Source: Patescibacteria group bacterium
GTDB lineage: Bacteria > Patescibacteriota > Minisyncoccia > Phycocordibacterales > UBA12088
Length of the DNA: 64,000 nt
Reading direction: 5' to 3'
Assembly (NCBI GenBank): GCA_015491245.1
Contig: WFWH01000002.1
Location: 3,823-67,822 of the forward strand
In this document: positions 19,901-30,183 of the stretch, one piece after another
Layout of the letters: every line of letters starts with the position of its first letter
How positions within the stretch are numbered: the first letter of the stretch is position 1
Program-made: the position numbers and the translations under genes
The notes under the pieces: generated by a model
Told to the model about the DNA's origin: nothing
Databases searched by the model: none
Seen by the model: the letters and a program-made list of their open reading frames with translations, nothing else

Positions 19901-20726
19901 TGGTGGTGAGGAACATCCACTCGGGGCGGATACCCGCGTGGAGGAGTGAGTTAATGAGCGCAATGCGCTTGTTGATCTTGACGCGCTCCAGCGCGCCCGC
20001 TTGGTCGCGGCGCGCAATCAGCTTTTCGCGCAGCTTCTCTAGGTCCAGCTCTTTGAATATATCGTAGATTGCCTCCGCACCAATGCGCGCCTCAAAGAGG
20101 GTGCCGTAGCGCACCGAGTAGCGGTGGTAGGTCGCCTCATCCAACACCTGCCCTTCCGCCAAGCGCTCCACCTCGGCTTTCGCTTGTATAAACAGCTCTT
20201 TCAGCTTCTCGCGCTCATCCTGGGATGCCGCAGCGCCTGTTTTGGACTTGTACTCTGCGTCTATCTCCTTCAAGAGGCGCTTGCGCTCCTGCTCGTTGAC
20301 CTTGGTGACGATGTAACCCGCAAAGTAAATTACCTTTTCGGTATCTGCCGAGGAAATGCCGAGGAGGGTGGCAATGCGCGAAGGAATGGCGCGCAGGTAC
20401 CAAATGTGCGCCACCGGCGAAGCAAGCTCAATGTGCCCCATGCGCTCGCGGCGCACAATGGCACGCGTTACCTCCACCCCGCAGCGGTCGCAGACAATAC
20501 CCTTGTAACGTATCCCTTTGTACTTGCCGCAGAAACACTCGTAGTCACGCGTGGGCCCAAATATTTTCTCGTCAAACAAGCCGTGCTTTTCCGCGCGCTG
20601 GGTGCGGTAGTTGATGGTTTCCGGCTTGGTAACCTCGCCGTGGGACCACCCACGGATATCTTCGGGGCTCGCGACTTTGATGGACACCGCGCTAAAATCA
20701 TTTATGTCGCTGATTTCTCGTTTCAT
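16977..20726 (-). CDS. rpoC: DNA-directed RNA polymerase subunit beta'
   Basis: 1249 aa, with NADFDGDQMAVHVPLS and the zinc-binding CFCGKYKGIRYKGIVCDRCGVEV. Confidence 0.95.
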   Translation of the reverse strand: MKREISDINDFSAVSIKVASPEDIRGWSHGEVTKPETINYRTQRAEKHGLFDEKIFGPTRDYECFCGKYKGIRYKGIVCDRCGVEVTRAIVRRERMGHIELASPVAHIWYLRAIPSRIATLLGISSADTEKVIYFAGYIVTKVNEQERKRLLKEIDAEYKSKTGAAASQDEREKLKELFIQAKAEVERLAEGQVLDEATYHRYSVRYGTLFEARIGAEAIYDIFKELDLEKLREKLIARRDQAGALERVKINKRIALINSLLHAGIRPEWMFLTTIPVIPPALRPMVALEGGRHASSDLNDLYRRVINRNNRLKKLMDIQAPEVILRNEKRILQEAVDALIDNSIRHGNTTYSAMSQAQRRPLKSLSDYLRGKQGYFRQNLLGKRVDYSGRSVIVVGPELKLDQCGLPKHMALELFRPFIIAKLLERELAYNIRGAGRLIEEGIPEVWAILEEVIADKHVLLNRAPTLHRQGIQAFRPVLIEGNAIRIHPLVCPAFNADFDGDQMAVHVPLSEEAQLEAREIMSANKNLLKPGSGTPVTTPSQDIVLGCYWMTKIVDGEKGEGKYFSSPNDAIHAYDYGLVSFRARIKVLPSDSPKYAQFNGVPFETSVGRLLFNSVLPKDYPYLNQEMKKGALSALVDELIRLYGLDAMPPILDKMKDFGFTYATKSGVTWSIDELTIPEEKARIVEEARARQREIEAQYQEGLLSPEEKKRMVIEVWHHAKSEIEKKIPEAMDPNGSVYDLVISGARGSMGQLTQMAGMKGLIQNTQGETIEFPITTSYKEGLTPIEYFVTTHGSRKGLADTALQTAKAGYLTRKLFDVAQDVIVTEEDCGTREGATISRESALGIETDLAKNIVGRFLAKEVVLEDGTVFKRNHFVTPEDARAIERAGVEAVEVRSPMACKNLHGVCRRCYGADLTTGKPVDFGEAVGTVAAQAIGEPGTQLTMNTKHAGGAAGVQGDVVQGLPRVEEVFERRMPKGPAAIAQISGTVLEIRDEGSEKVIILAPEKGSKDAKKKEIEYRVQPPRKILVQERDKVEKGDLLTDGSANLTELFRFAGKKKTQDYIIRETSKIYELQGVSISRKHIEVIVKQMLSRKKVKDPGDTHLNVGDIVEEWYLEEVNEAARAQGGQPAEAETHLLGIAEVSLTRQSFLSAASFQNTNKVLINAAVKGVKDRLRGLKENVIIGRLIPAGTHYPGSEKYQMITELQETLASQEPEAEEEVQEGLTITPDAMEEEAAEEKPAAAQEA

Positions 20727-20758
20727 AAGTGCGTAGGTGATTCGTGGGTGGCTAATAA

Positions 20759-23956
<3,198 letters not shown>

Positions 23957-24295
23957 GGGAAGTTGAGGATAAGGAATAAAGGCGTGGCAAAACTTTCCGC
24001 ATGGAATGCGCGGTGCGGTGCGCGCTGATACGCACAATCCCGCGCCTCGCCGGTGTGACCATGCAGCTTGCCATGTTACCCAACTTTGGGTAAAGCGCGC
24101 ATCGCGTATGCGCTATGCGACTGCATCCAGTACATTTAGTGGTAGTGGTGTTGGTGCGGATATCCGCAGAAACATGCACTGCAGCAAATCCCTTGCCGCG
24201 TGCATGCGCGCTCACTCACTTGTCTCTATGTCTCTGAGCGAATTAACGAGTAATGTAAGGTATGCAAACGCTTCTCACCCGCAACTCAATCAAAT

Positions 24296-24340
24296 CTGTA
24301 TAGTGCAAGGCAGTATAAAGTCAAGGGAGTTAAATGTCAA
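24296..24340 (-). promoter_or_regulatory. tandem sigma70-type promoters for rpoBC: TTGACA-17-TATACT and TTGACT-16-TATACA, with three TTGAC repeats
   Basis: Minus strand cccTTGACAgtgcTTGACAtttaactcccTTGACTttaTACTGccttgcacTATACAg. Leaves a roughly 350-nt leader. Confidence 0.45.
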
Positions 24341-24403
24341 GCACTGTCAAGGGTGTTTTTCCACAGCCACCCAGACTCCTTCGTCCTTATGGAATACTGT
24401 ATC

Positions 24404-25096
24404 TCAGGCACCTTTTTCCTTCGCACTACCGTGCTTCTCTCTTGAAGCGGTGCGCCATGCGTCTATCTGGGCATGGTGGCCGGAGAGCAGGACTTTCGGC
24501 ACACGGTAGCGCCGCCCCTTCCACTCCAACACCTCCGGGCGCGTATACACCTCGCTGCTGGAAGGCCGCTCCTCTTCTAGCGAGGCATACGTACCCAGCA
24601 CCCCTTTCACTTGGCGCGCCACCACATCGGCAACCACCATGGCGGGCAGTTCCCCTCCCGTGGTAACGTAGGGGCCTATGGAGAGCGGTTCGGCGCGAAG
24701 TATTTTCTGTACGCGCGCATCCACCCCCTCGTAGCGGCCGCAGATCATCACTGTATGGCGATACCGCCGCGCTACGTTCTTGGCATACGCGGTATCAAAC
24801 TGGCGCCCCGACGGAGAAAAGAATATTACCTTTATCCCGCGGCGCGTGGCATTTTTTCCGCGTGCGCGCGCGAGCGCATCTTCCGCAGCACGCAGTAAGG
24901 GCAGCGCCTCCAGCACCATACCCGGCCCGCCCCCGTAGGGGCGCCGGTCTATGCGGCGCCACTTGTCGTCAGTGTAATCACGCGGATTGTAAAAGGAGAA
25001 GCCAATGATGCCCCTCTCGCGCGCGCGCTTTAAAATAGACTCATTTAAGTACGAGGCAAACGCCTGAGGAAACAAAGTGATGATATGGAAATGCAT
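24404..25096 (-). CDS. trmD: tRNA (guanine37-N1)-methyltransferase
   Basis: MHFHIITLFPQAFASYLNESILKRARERGIIGFSFYNPRDYT...RIDRRPYGGGPGMVL. Confidence 0.85.
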   Translation of the reverse strand: MHFHIITLFPQAFASYLNESILKRARERGIIGFSFYNPRDYTDDKWRRIDRRPYGGGPGMVLEALPLLRAAEDALARARGKNATRRGIKVIFFSPSGRQFDTAYAKNVARRYRHTVMICGRYEGVDARVQKILRAEPLSIGPYVTTGGELPAMVVADVVARQVKGVLGTYASLEEERPSSSEVYTRPEVLEWKGRRYRVPKVLLSGHHAQIDAWRTASREKHGSAKEKGA

Positions 25097-25241
25097 GGGC
25101 AGGAATGGGGGGTTCTGCGCACCAACATGATACCCCACCAGCGCGTGGCGCGCGAATTTGCATGTGCAATACGCAGAACCGCCCCCTGTGGGCACGCAAG
25201 GGGCGGCTGCATCCTTCGTATGCGTGAGAGGTGTGTGCGCG

Positions 25242-25613
25242 CTAGAGCTTTAGCTCTTCCATCGCTGCATCCACCGAGTCTGCCGCGTCATCGGCGGCAG
25301 GGGAAGTCGCAGCGTGGTTCGCCGGCGCTTGCGCGGGTGTGGGTTCCTGCGCGCGGCTCATTTTGCCTCCCTCGGGCTCAAGTATCTTGAGGTTAACGCG
25401 CGCGTTGTGCTTCATTCCCACGACGCGCAACAGCGTGCGGATCGCCTTGGCGGTAGCGCCCGAGCGCCCGATCACCTTACCCATGTCCTCGGGGTGCACG
25501 TCCAACGTGAGCAATACGCCCATTTGGTCCACCGTTCGCTCCACCTTGACCTGCTCGGGATGGTCCACGAGCGCCTTTACCACATACTCAAGAAAGTGTT
25601 TGTCTGCTTCCAT
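25242..25613 (-). CDS. KH-domain RNA-binding protein (YlqC/UPF0109-like)
   Basis: MEADKHFLEYVVKALVDHPEQVKVERTVDQMGVLLTLDVHPEDMGKVIGRSGATAKAIRTLL, with an acidic C-terminal tail. It lies between rpsP and trmD as in the conserved operon, but rimM is missing. Confidence 0.7.
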   Translation of the reverse strand: MEADKHFLEYVVKALVDHPEQVKVERTVDQMGVLLTLDVHPEDMGKVIGRSGATAKAIRTLLRVVGMKHNARVNLKILEPEGGKMSRAQEPTPAQAPANHAATSPAADDAADSVDAAMEELKL

Positions 25614-25754
25614 AATGGCTACGCGAATAATCCTCCTGGTAATGCGGCGCCGCACGCGCCGCGAATGCGTGCAGTGTAGCAAAGTGCAACGCGTCTGTCA
25701 TCTCGGGGCAACGTGCTCATGTATTGCAGCCCTTTCATTGTGAGAAGAGGCGGG

Positions 25755-26174
25755 CTATGCCGTGGCCGTTTCTTTTGCGCCTTCCTCCGCGGAGGGAGCG
25801 GCGTCCTCCTCCTCCTTTTCTTCTTCTTTGGTTTCAGCGTCTGCTTCGGCTTCGCGCTGGCCGGCATCATCACTCGTGCCTTCGCCATCGTCAGTACGCA
25901 CTGGTGTTTTGCGTGGGAGCACGTTCTTCTTCTTCCCCTCTATTACGCCCGCACCGACCAAAAGGTTATAGACGGTGTCGCTCGGCTGCGCACCCACGGA
26001 AAGCCAATAGCGCGCCCGTTCCTCGCGCAGCGCCACCGTATCGGTGTGCGGATTGTAGGCACCGATCACCTCGCGGTGCTTGCCGCTTTTGGGGCCGGTG
26101 GTGTGCTCGCACACCACCACCCGAAATTCGGCATGGTTGCGCTTCCCCACACGCTGCAGTCGTATCTTCAACAT
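25755..26174 (-). CDS. rpsP: 30S ribosomal protein S16 with acidic C-terminal extension
   Basis: MLKIRLQRVGKRNHAEFRVVVCEHTTGPKSGKHREVIGAYNP... Confidence 0.85.
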   Translation of the reverse strand: MLKIRLQRVGKRNHAEFRVVVCEHTTGPKSGKHREVIGAYNPHTDTVALREERARYWLSVGAQPSDTVYNLLVGAGVIEGKKKNVLPRKTPVRTDDGEGTSDDAGQREAEADAETKEEEKEEEDAAPSAEEGAKETATA

Positions 26175-26441
26175 AGGTGCACTGCACTGTACCAAAAGGA
26201 ATAGGGTACGTCAAATGATGCCGAGCCCGCAAAGCGGTAACGATCCCCCCTGTGCCATAAATAAAAATGAAAAAGAGCCGGGTCCGAAGACCCGGCCAAG
26301 TAGATCAGGGAGGATAAACGCTTGGGGCGAGGGTGGGCTTGCGTGCCCGCCCCGCCACCACGGTCGGGCGGATAATATACATCCGCCCGACCGTATGCTT
26401 ACATCGTAGGGAATATCCTTTTATATGTCAAGGGCTCTTGG

Positions 26442-26447
26442 TATACT
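26442..26447 (+). promoter_or_regulatory. -10 TATACTG, 8 nt before the rnr start codon (near-leaderless)
   Basis: tatgtcaagggctcttggTATACTGccgcagtATG. Two perfect hairpins lie upstream (GCCGGGTC-cgaa-GACCCGGC at about 26278-26297 and GTCGGGCGGAT-aatatac-ATCCGCCCGAC at about 26367-26395). Confidence 0.35.
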
Positions 26448-26455
26448 GCCGCAGT

Positions 26456-28522
26456 ATGCGCCATGCGCGAAAAAAGCAAAAAGAAAGGGAGGCGGCGCGC
26501 ACAAAGCCTCGCCACCGCACCGCGCGCCCGCGCACTCAGCGCAGCGGGGGTGCCAAAAAAGGGCGCGCGCGCCTTATCGGCCGCGTAAAGGTAACCTTGC
26601 GCGGGCGCGGATTTCTCATTGTGGACGAGGCGCGGGACGCCGATAGCATTGAAATTCCCCGCGAGTGCCTCAACACCGCTCTGCCGGGTGATACGGTAGA
26701 AGCCATGCTGTTGCCCCACAAGCGCAACGAGCCGCGCCGTGCCGAGGTGGTACGGATTCTGGAACGCGCCAAAACCCGCTTTGTGGGCACGTTCGTCCGC
26801 CACGGCGATCGCTGGTACGTGGACCCCGACGACCCGCGCGTCTATGCCGATATCCTTATTGAAACTCCCGACCAAAAGCGCGCGCGCGAGGGGTACAAAG
26901 CGCTGGTTGCCCTCACCGTGTGGGACGACCCAAAGAAGGCACCGCTGGGGCGCGTAGTGGAGGTAATCGGCAAAGAGGGTGAGCACGAAACCGAAATGCG
27001 CGCCGTGGCGCTCGCGCAAGGTTTTGACTACACGTTTCCTCCCGAGGTGGCGCGCGCGGCTGATGCCCTGCGCGCGGCGCGGGCGCGCATTTTCCGCGCC
27101 GCGCGCGCCACGCACCGCGACCTGCGCGCCCTCCCCACTTTTACCATTGACCCCGAAGACGCCAAGGATTTTGATGACGCGCTTTCCGTGCGCCCCCTTG
27201 AGGGCGGCGCCATAGAGGTGGGGGTACACATTGCCGATGTCTCCACTTATGTGAAAAAGGATGACGCCATAGACAAAGAGGCGCAGGAGCGCGCCACTTC
27301 CGTCTACCTCGTGGATCGCACCATACCTATGCTCCCCGAGGTGCTCTCCAATGATTTGTGCTCCTTAAACCCCGGCGAGGAAAAATTGGCGTTTTCCGTA
27401 CTCTTCACCTTTACCCCCGACCACACCCTCTCGGACACGTGGTTCGGGAAGAGCATTATCACCTCCGACAAGCGCTTCAGCTACGAAGAGGCGCAGCAAG
27501 TGCTGGACCGCGGCAAAGGCCCCTTTTTTCAAGAGCTCACCATCGCGCGCGACATAGCCCGCACCCTGCGCGCGGCGCGCTTTCGCGCGGGGGCCATTTC
27601 TTTTGAGACTGAGGAGATAAAATTCAAGCTAGACGCCGACATGAAGCCGGTGGACGTCCTGCGCAAAGCGCGCCAGGAAACCAATCTCCTCATTGAGGAC
27701 TGGATGCTACTCGCCAATCGTGCGGTGGCAGAGCGCATCAGTGCGGAGTGCAAACAGCGGCACCCCGAGCCCTGCGTCTGCGTGTACCGCGTGCACCCTG
27801 AACCCGATCCCGAGAAAATCATGGAACTCGCGCACTTTGTGGAGGCGCTCGGCTTTCACCTGCCCCATGATAAGGGCGTGGTGCGCGGCGAGGATCTCAA
27901 TGCCCTCTTTCGCCAGGTGGAGGGGACCGACGCGCAGGATCTGGTGGAGACGGCAGCCATACGCTCCATGGCAAAAGCGTTCTATTCCCTGAAAAATATC
28001 GGGCATTTTGGTCTCGCATTTTCCCACTACCTGCACTTTACCTCGCCCATACGCCGGTACCCCGACCTGATGGTGCACCGCATTTTAACGCGTGTCCTCG
28101 CAGGCAAGGGCACTCCTTCACGCGAGTATCGCTGGCATGAGCGGCTTGCCCAACACGCCACGGAAAAGGAGGTGGCGGCAATGGAAGCTGAGCGCGACAG
28201 CGTGCGCTACAAGCAAATTGAATACCTGCGCGGCAAGGTGGGACAGGTATTTGAGGGGAAAATTTCCGGCATTACCGACTGGGGCATATTTGTGGAAGAG
28301 CTGCACTCTAAAGCAGAAGGGCTCGTGCGCCTGCGCGACCTCACCGACGATTACTACTATATTGATAAAAAGGGCCTGCGCCTCGTGGGGCAGCGAACAC
28401 GCAAGACACTCTCCCTCTGCGATCGCGTACGGGTAAAGCTCACCGCCGTGGATATGGAGCACAAAACGCTGGAGTGGAAACTGTTAACCGTACTGCCGCA
28501 CGCAACGCCGCCCACGCGGTAA
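26456..28522 (+). CDS. rnr: ribonuclease R (RNB family 3'-5' exoribonuclease) with basic N-terminal tail
   Basis: N-terminus MRHARKKQKEREAARTKPRHRTARPRTQRSGGAKKGRAR, then a cold-shock/OB region. RNB motifs FTIDPEDAKDFDDALS and DRTIPMLPEVLSNDLCSLNPGE, plus a C-terminal S1 domain. Confidence 0.85.
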   Translation: MRHARKKQKEREAARTKPRHRTARPRTQRSGGAKKGRARLIGRVKVTLRGRGFLIVDEARDADSIEIPRECLNTALPGDTVEAMLLPHKRNEPRRAEVVRILERAKTRFVGTFVRHGDRWYVDPDDPRVYADILIETPDQKRAREGYKALVALTVWDDPKKAPLGRVVEVIGKEGEHETEMRAVALAQGFDYTFPPEVARAADALRAARARIFRAARATHRDLRALPTFTIDPEDAKDFDDALSVRPLEGGAIEVGVHIADVSTYVKKDDAIDKEAQERATSVYLVDRTIPMLPEVLSNDLCSLNPGEEKLAFSVLFTFTPDHTLSDTWFGKSIITSDKRFSYEEAQQVLDRGKGPFFQELTIARDIARTLRAARFRAGAISFETEEIKFKLDADMKPVDVLRKARQETNLLIEDWMLLANRAVAERISAECKQRHPEPCVCVYRVHPEPDPEKIMELAHFVEALGFHLPHDKGVVRGEDLNALFRQVEGTDAQDLVETAAIRSMAKAFYSLKNIGHFGLAFSHYLHFTSPIRRYPDLMVHRILTRVLAGKGTPSREYRWHERLAQHATEKEVAAMEAERDSVRYKQIEYLRGKVGQVFEGKISGITDWGIFVEELHSKAEGLVRLRDLTDDYYYIDKKGLRLVGQRTRKTLSLCDRVRVKLTAVDMEHKTLEWKLLTVLPHATPPTR

Positions 28523-28555
28523 GCCCCCACATCAGAAGGAGTTGTTTTCCCTTTT

Positions 28556-28600
28556 CCCTCCTTTTCCGCTATAGTGAGAGGAGGTACACCAAAAGGAGGG
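28556..28600 (+). promoter_or_regulatory. SD-sequestering hairpin: CCCTCCTTTT (28556-28565) pairs with AAAAGGAGGG (28591-28600, the ribosome-binding site)
   Basis: Perfect 10-bp complement with a 25-nt loop, ending 8 nt before the ATG at 28609. fourU / RNA-thermometer-like architecture. Confidence 0.4.
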
Positions 28601-28608
28601 CCATCTCA

Positions 28609-28866
28609 ATGGCATATCACGCCAAGGATGCCGCTGCCGTGCGTCCGCCGCAGCGCGCGCGCACGGTCCGCTACGTGAACCGGAAGAAAAAGAGGGAGGA
28701 GTTCAATGCCCGCGAGTACGCGTGGGTCCGCCAGGGGCGCCGGTGGAAAGGCGTCCACAAGAAAACGGGCGAGGCGGCGTACTTCGTCCTCGTGGTACGC
28801 AACCGACGCGACTTCTGGCTGCAGGTTTCTAAGCAAGAGTTTTCTCGCTTCGGCATTCTCTACTGA
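28609..28866 (+). CDS. small basic hypothetical protein (85 aa)
   Basis: MAYHAKDAAAVRPPQRARTVRYVNRKKKREEFNAREYAWVRQGRRWKGVHKK... It has a strong SD (AAAGGAGGG, 8-nt spacer), which is rare in this window, and a TGA stop. Confidence 0.5.
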   Translation: MAYHAKDAAAVRPPQRARTVRYVNRKKKREEFNAREYAWVRQGRRWKGVHKKTGEAAYFVLVVRNRRDFWLQVSKQEFSRFGILY

Positions 28867-28888
28867 TAATACACCAGTTCCTCACTAG

Positions 28889-28923
28889 TGCCCGCCGCTT
28901 CGCATCCACGACGGCGGGCACCC
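28889..28923. terminator. hairpin GTGCCCGCCG-N15-CGGCGGGCAC between convergent genes (no T-run)
   Basis: 10-bp stem, 23 nt after the stop of the small basic gene. Confidence 0.3.
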
Positions 28924-28988
28924 CTTATGGGGCCCATGCAGCTAATGCGGAAAAGCGCGCGTGCGCGCCGCAGAATAAAAACGCCGCG

Positions 28989-29738
28989 CTACTCCACCTC
29001 CACGCGCTCAATAATAACCTCCTCCACGGGGCGGTCCGCTGCATCGGTGGCGGTGTTCGCAATAGCGTCCACCACATCCATGCCCGCCACCACACGCCCG
29101 AATACGGGATGCTTGCTGGTGAGGGGCGGCTTGTTGAAATCAAGCCCCGTGTTGTCGCCCACGTTGATGAAAAATTGGCTCCCGCCCGAGTCAGGGCGGC
29201 CCGTATTGGCCATCGCGATCGTGCCGCGCACGTTAGAGAGCCCCTCGCCCTCCACGAATTCGTCTTTAATGGTGTAGCCCGGACCGCCCGTTCCCCAGCG
29301 CGCCTTCTCGCGCACATCTTTGGTCAAGGGATCGCCCGCCTGAATCATAAAGCCGCGGATGACGCGGTGAAAGCGCACGCCGTCATAGAACCCCTTGCGC
29401 GCAAGCTCCACAAAGTTACCCACGGTAAGCGGCATGCGCGCGGCGTCGAGCGCGAGCGTAATCACTCCCCTGTTGGTAATGAGCCGCGCGGTAATTTCTT
29501 GTTTTCCTTCCATAAATGATTTGGTAGCATCGGATAAATCATCAAAAGTACGTACGGCACTTTTAGCACGGGCGCTGGGGCGCGCCTCTCCCGCGCGATC
29601 GCGCGCATCCGCCGCTGCATTGGGTGCAACGTCACTGACTGGATTTTCATTGCCCAACCATACCGGCGCGCGCGAGAGCGCAAAGAGTGCCACAAGAAGC
29701 ACGATAACAATGATACTGATACGTGTGAGCTGCTGCAT
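28989..29738 (-). CDS. membrane-anchored peptidyl-prolyl cis-trans isomerase (cyclophilin type)
   Basis: TM helix ISIIVIVLLVALFAL, then the cyclophilin motifs GFYDGVRFHRVIRGFMIQAGDP and GTIAMANTGRPDSGGSQFFIN. Confidence 0.8.
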   Translation of the reverse strand: MQQLTRISIIVIVLLVALFALSRAPVWLGNENPVSDVAPNAAADARDRAGEARPSARAKSAVRTFDDLSDATKSFMEGKQEITARLITNRGVITLALDAARMPLTVGNFVELARKGFYDGVRFHRVIRGFMIQAGDPLTKDVREKARWGTGGPGYTIKDEFVEGEGLSNVRGTIAMANTGRPDSGGSQFFINVGDNTGLDFNKPPLTSKHPVFGRVVAGMDVVDAIANTATDAADRPVEEVIIERVEVE

Positions 29739-29836
29739 GGCGGCTATTGTAGCAAAAGCCCCAAAAGAATAAAACTGCGGCGGGCGGGGCGCGCGTCGCA
29801 GCTAATCCACATTTTTCTTATGTTAGTTTTTAAAAA

Positions 29837-29981
29837 TTTAAAATCCAACCAAACCGCCCTCCGCAAGGAGGGCAAGCACCGCAGCGACCCACAATATGGT
29901 GCGCCGCACGAGCGTCGGAATATCAAGCTCCGACGTTCGTTTGTCTTCTTCCCTTATTAGGGAAGAAAATAGATCATCCAT
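29837..29981 (-). CDS. small hypothetical membrane protein (48 aa), not in ORF track
   Basis: MDDLFSSLIREEDKRTSELDIPTLVRRTILWVAAVLALLAEGGLVGF. SD GGAGG with a 5-nt spacer before the ATG. Its own promoter TTGCAT-16-TATAAC lies at 30032-30059 (minus strand). Confidence 0.4.
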
Positions 29982-30085
29982 TTTTCCTCCCCTTCTTTCA
30001 GCACCCCTCCCGCAGGGGCGCCTCTGTCCCCGTTATACTCCTCTCGCACCAAGATGCAAGCAAAACTGTGCACAGGCCCCATACG

Positions 30086-30110
30086 CAAAAAACGCGCACC
30101 GGTGCGGTTT
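30086..30110 (-). terminator. intrinsic terminator after the SMC-like gene: CGCACCGGTGCG stem followed by TTTTTT on the minus strand
   Basis: Plus strand aaaaaacgCGCACCGGTGCGgtttc. Confidence 0.45.
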
Positions 30111-30183
30111 CTTCGGCGCAAGGGCCGCGGGGTCTGCGGCACCAAAAGTGCAGGAGGCAGCGCATCGCTGCCGCGCACTCACG

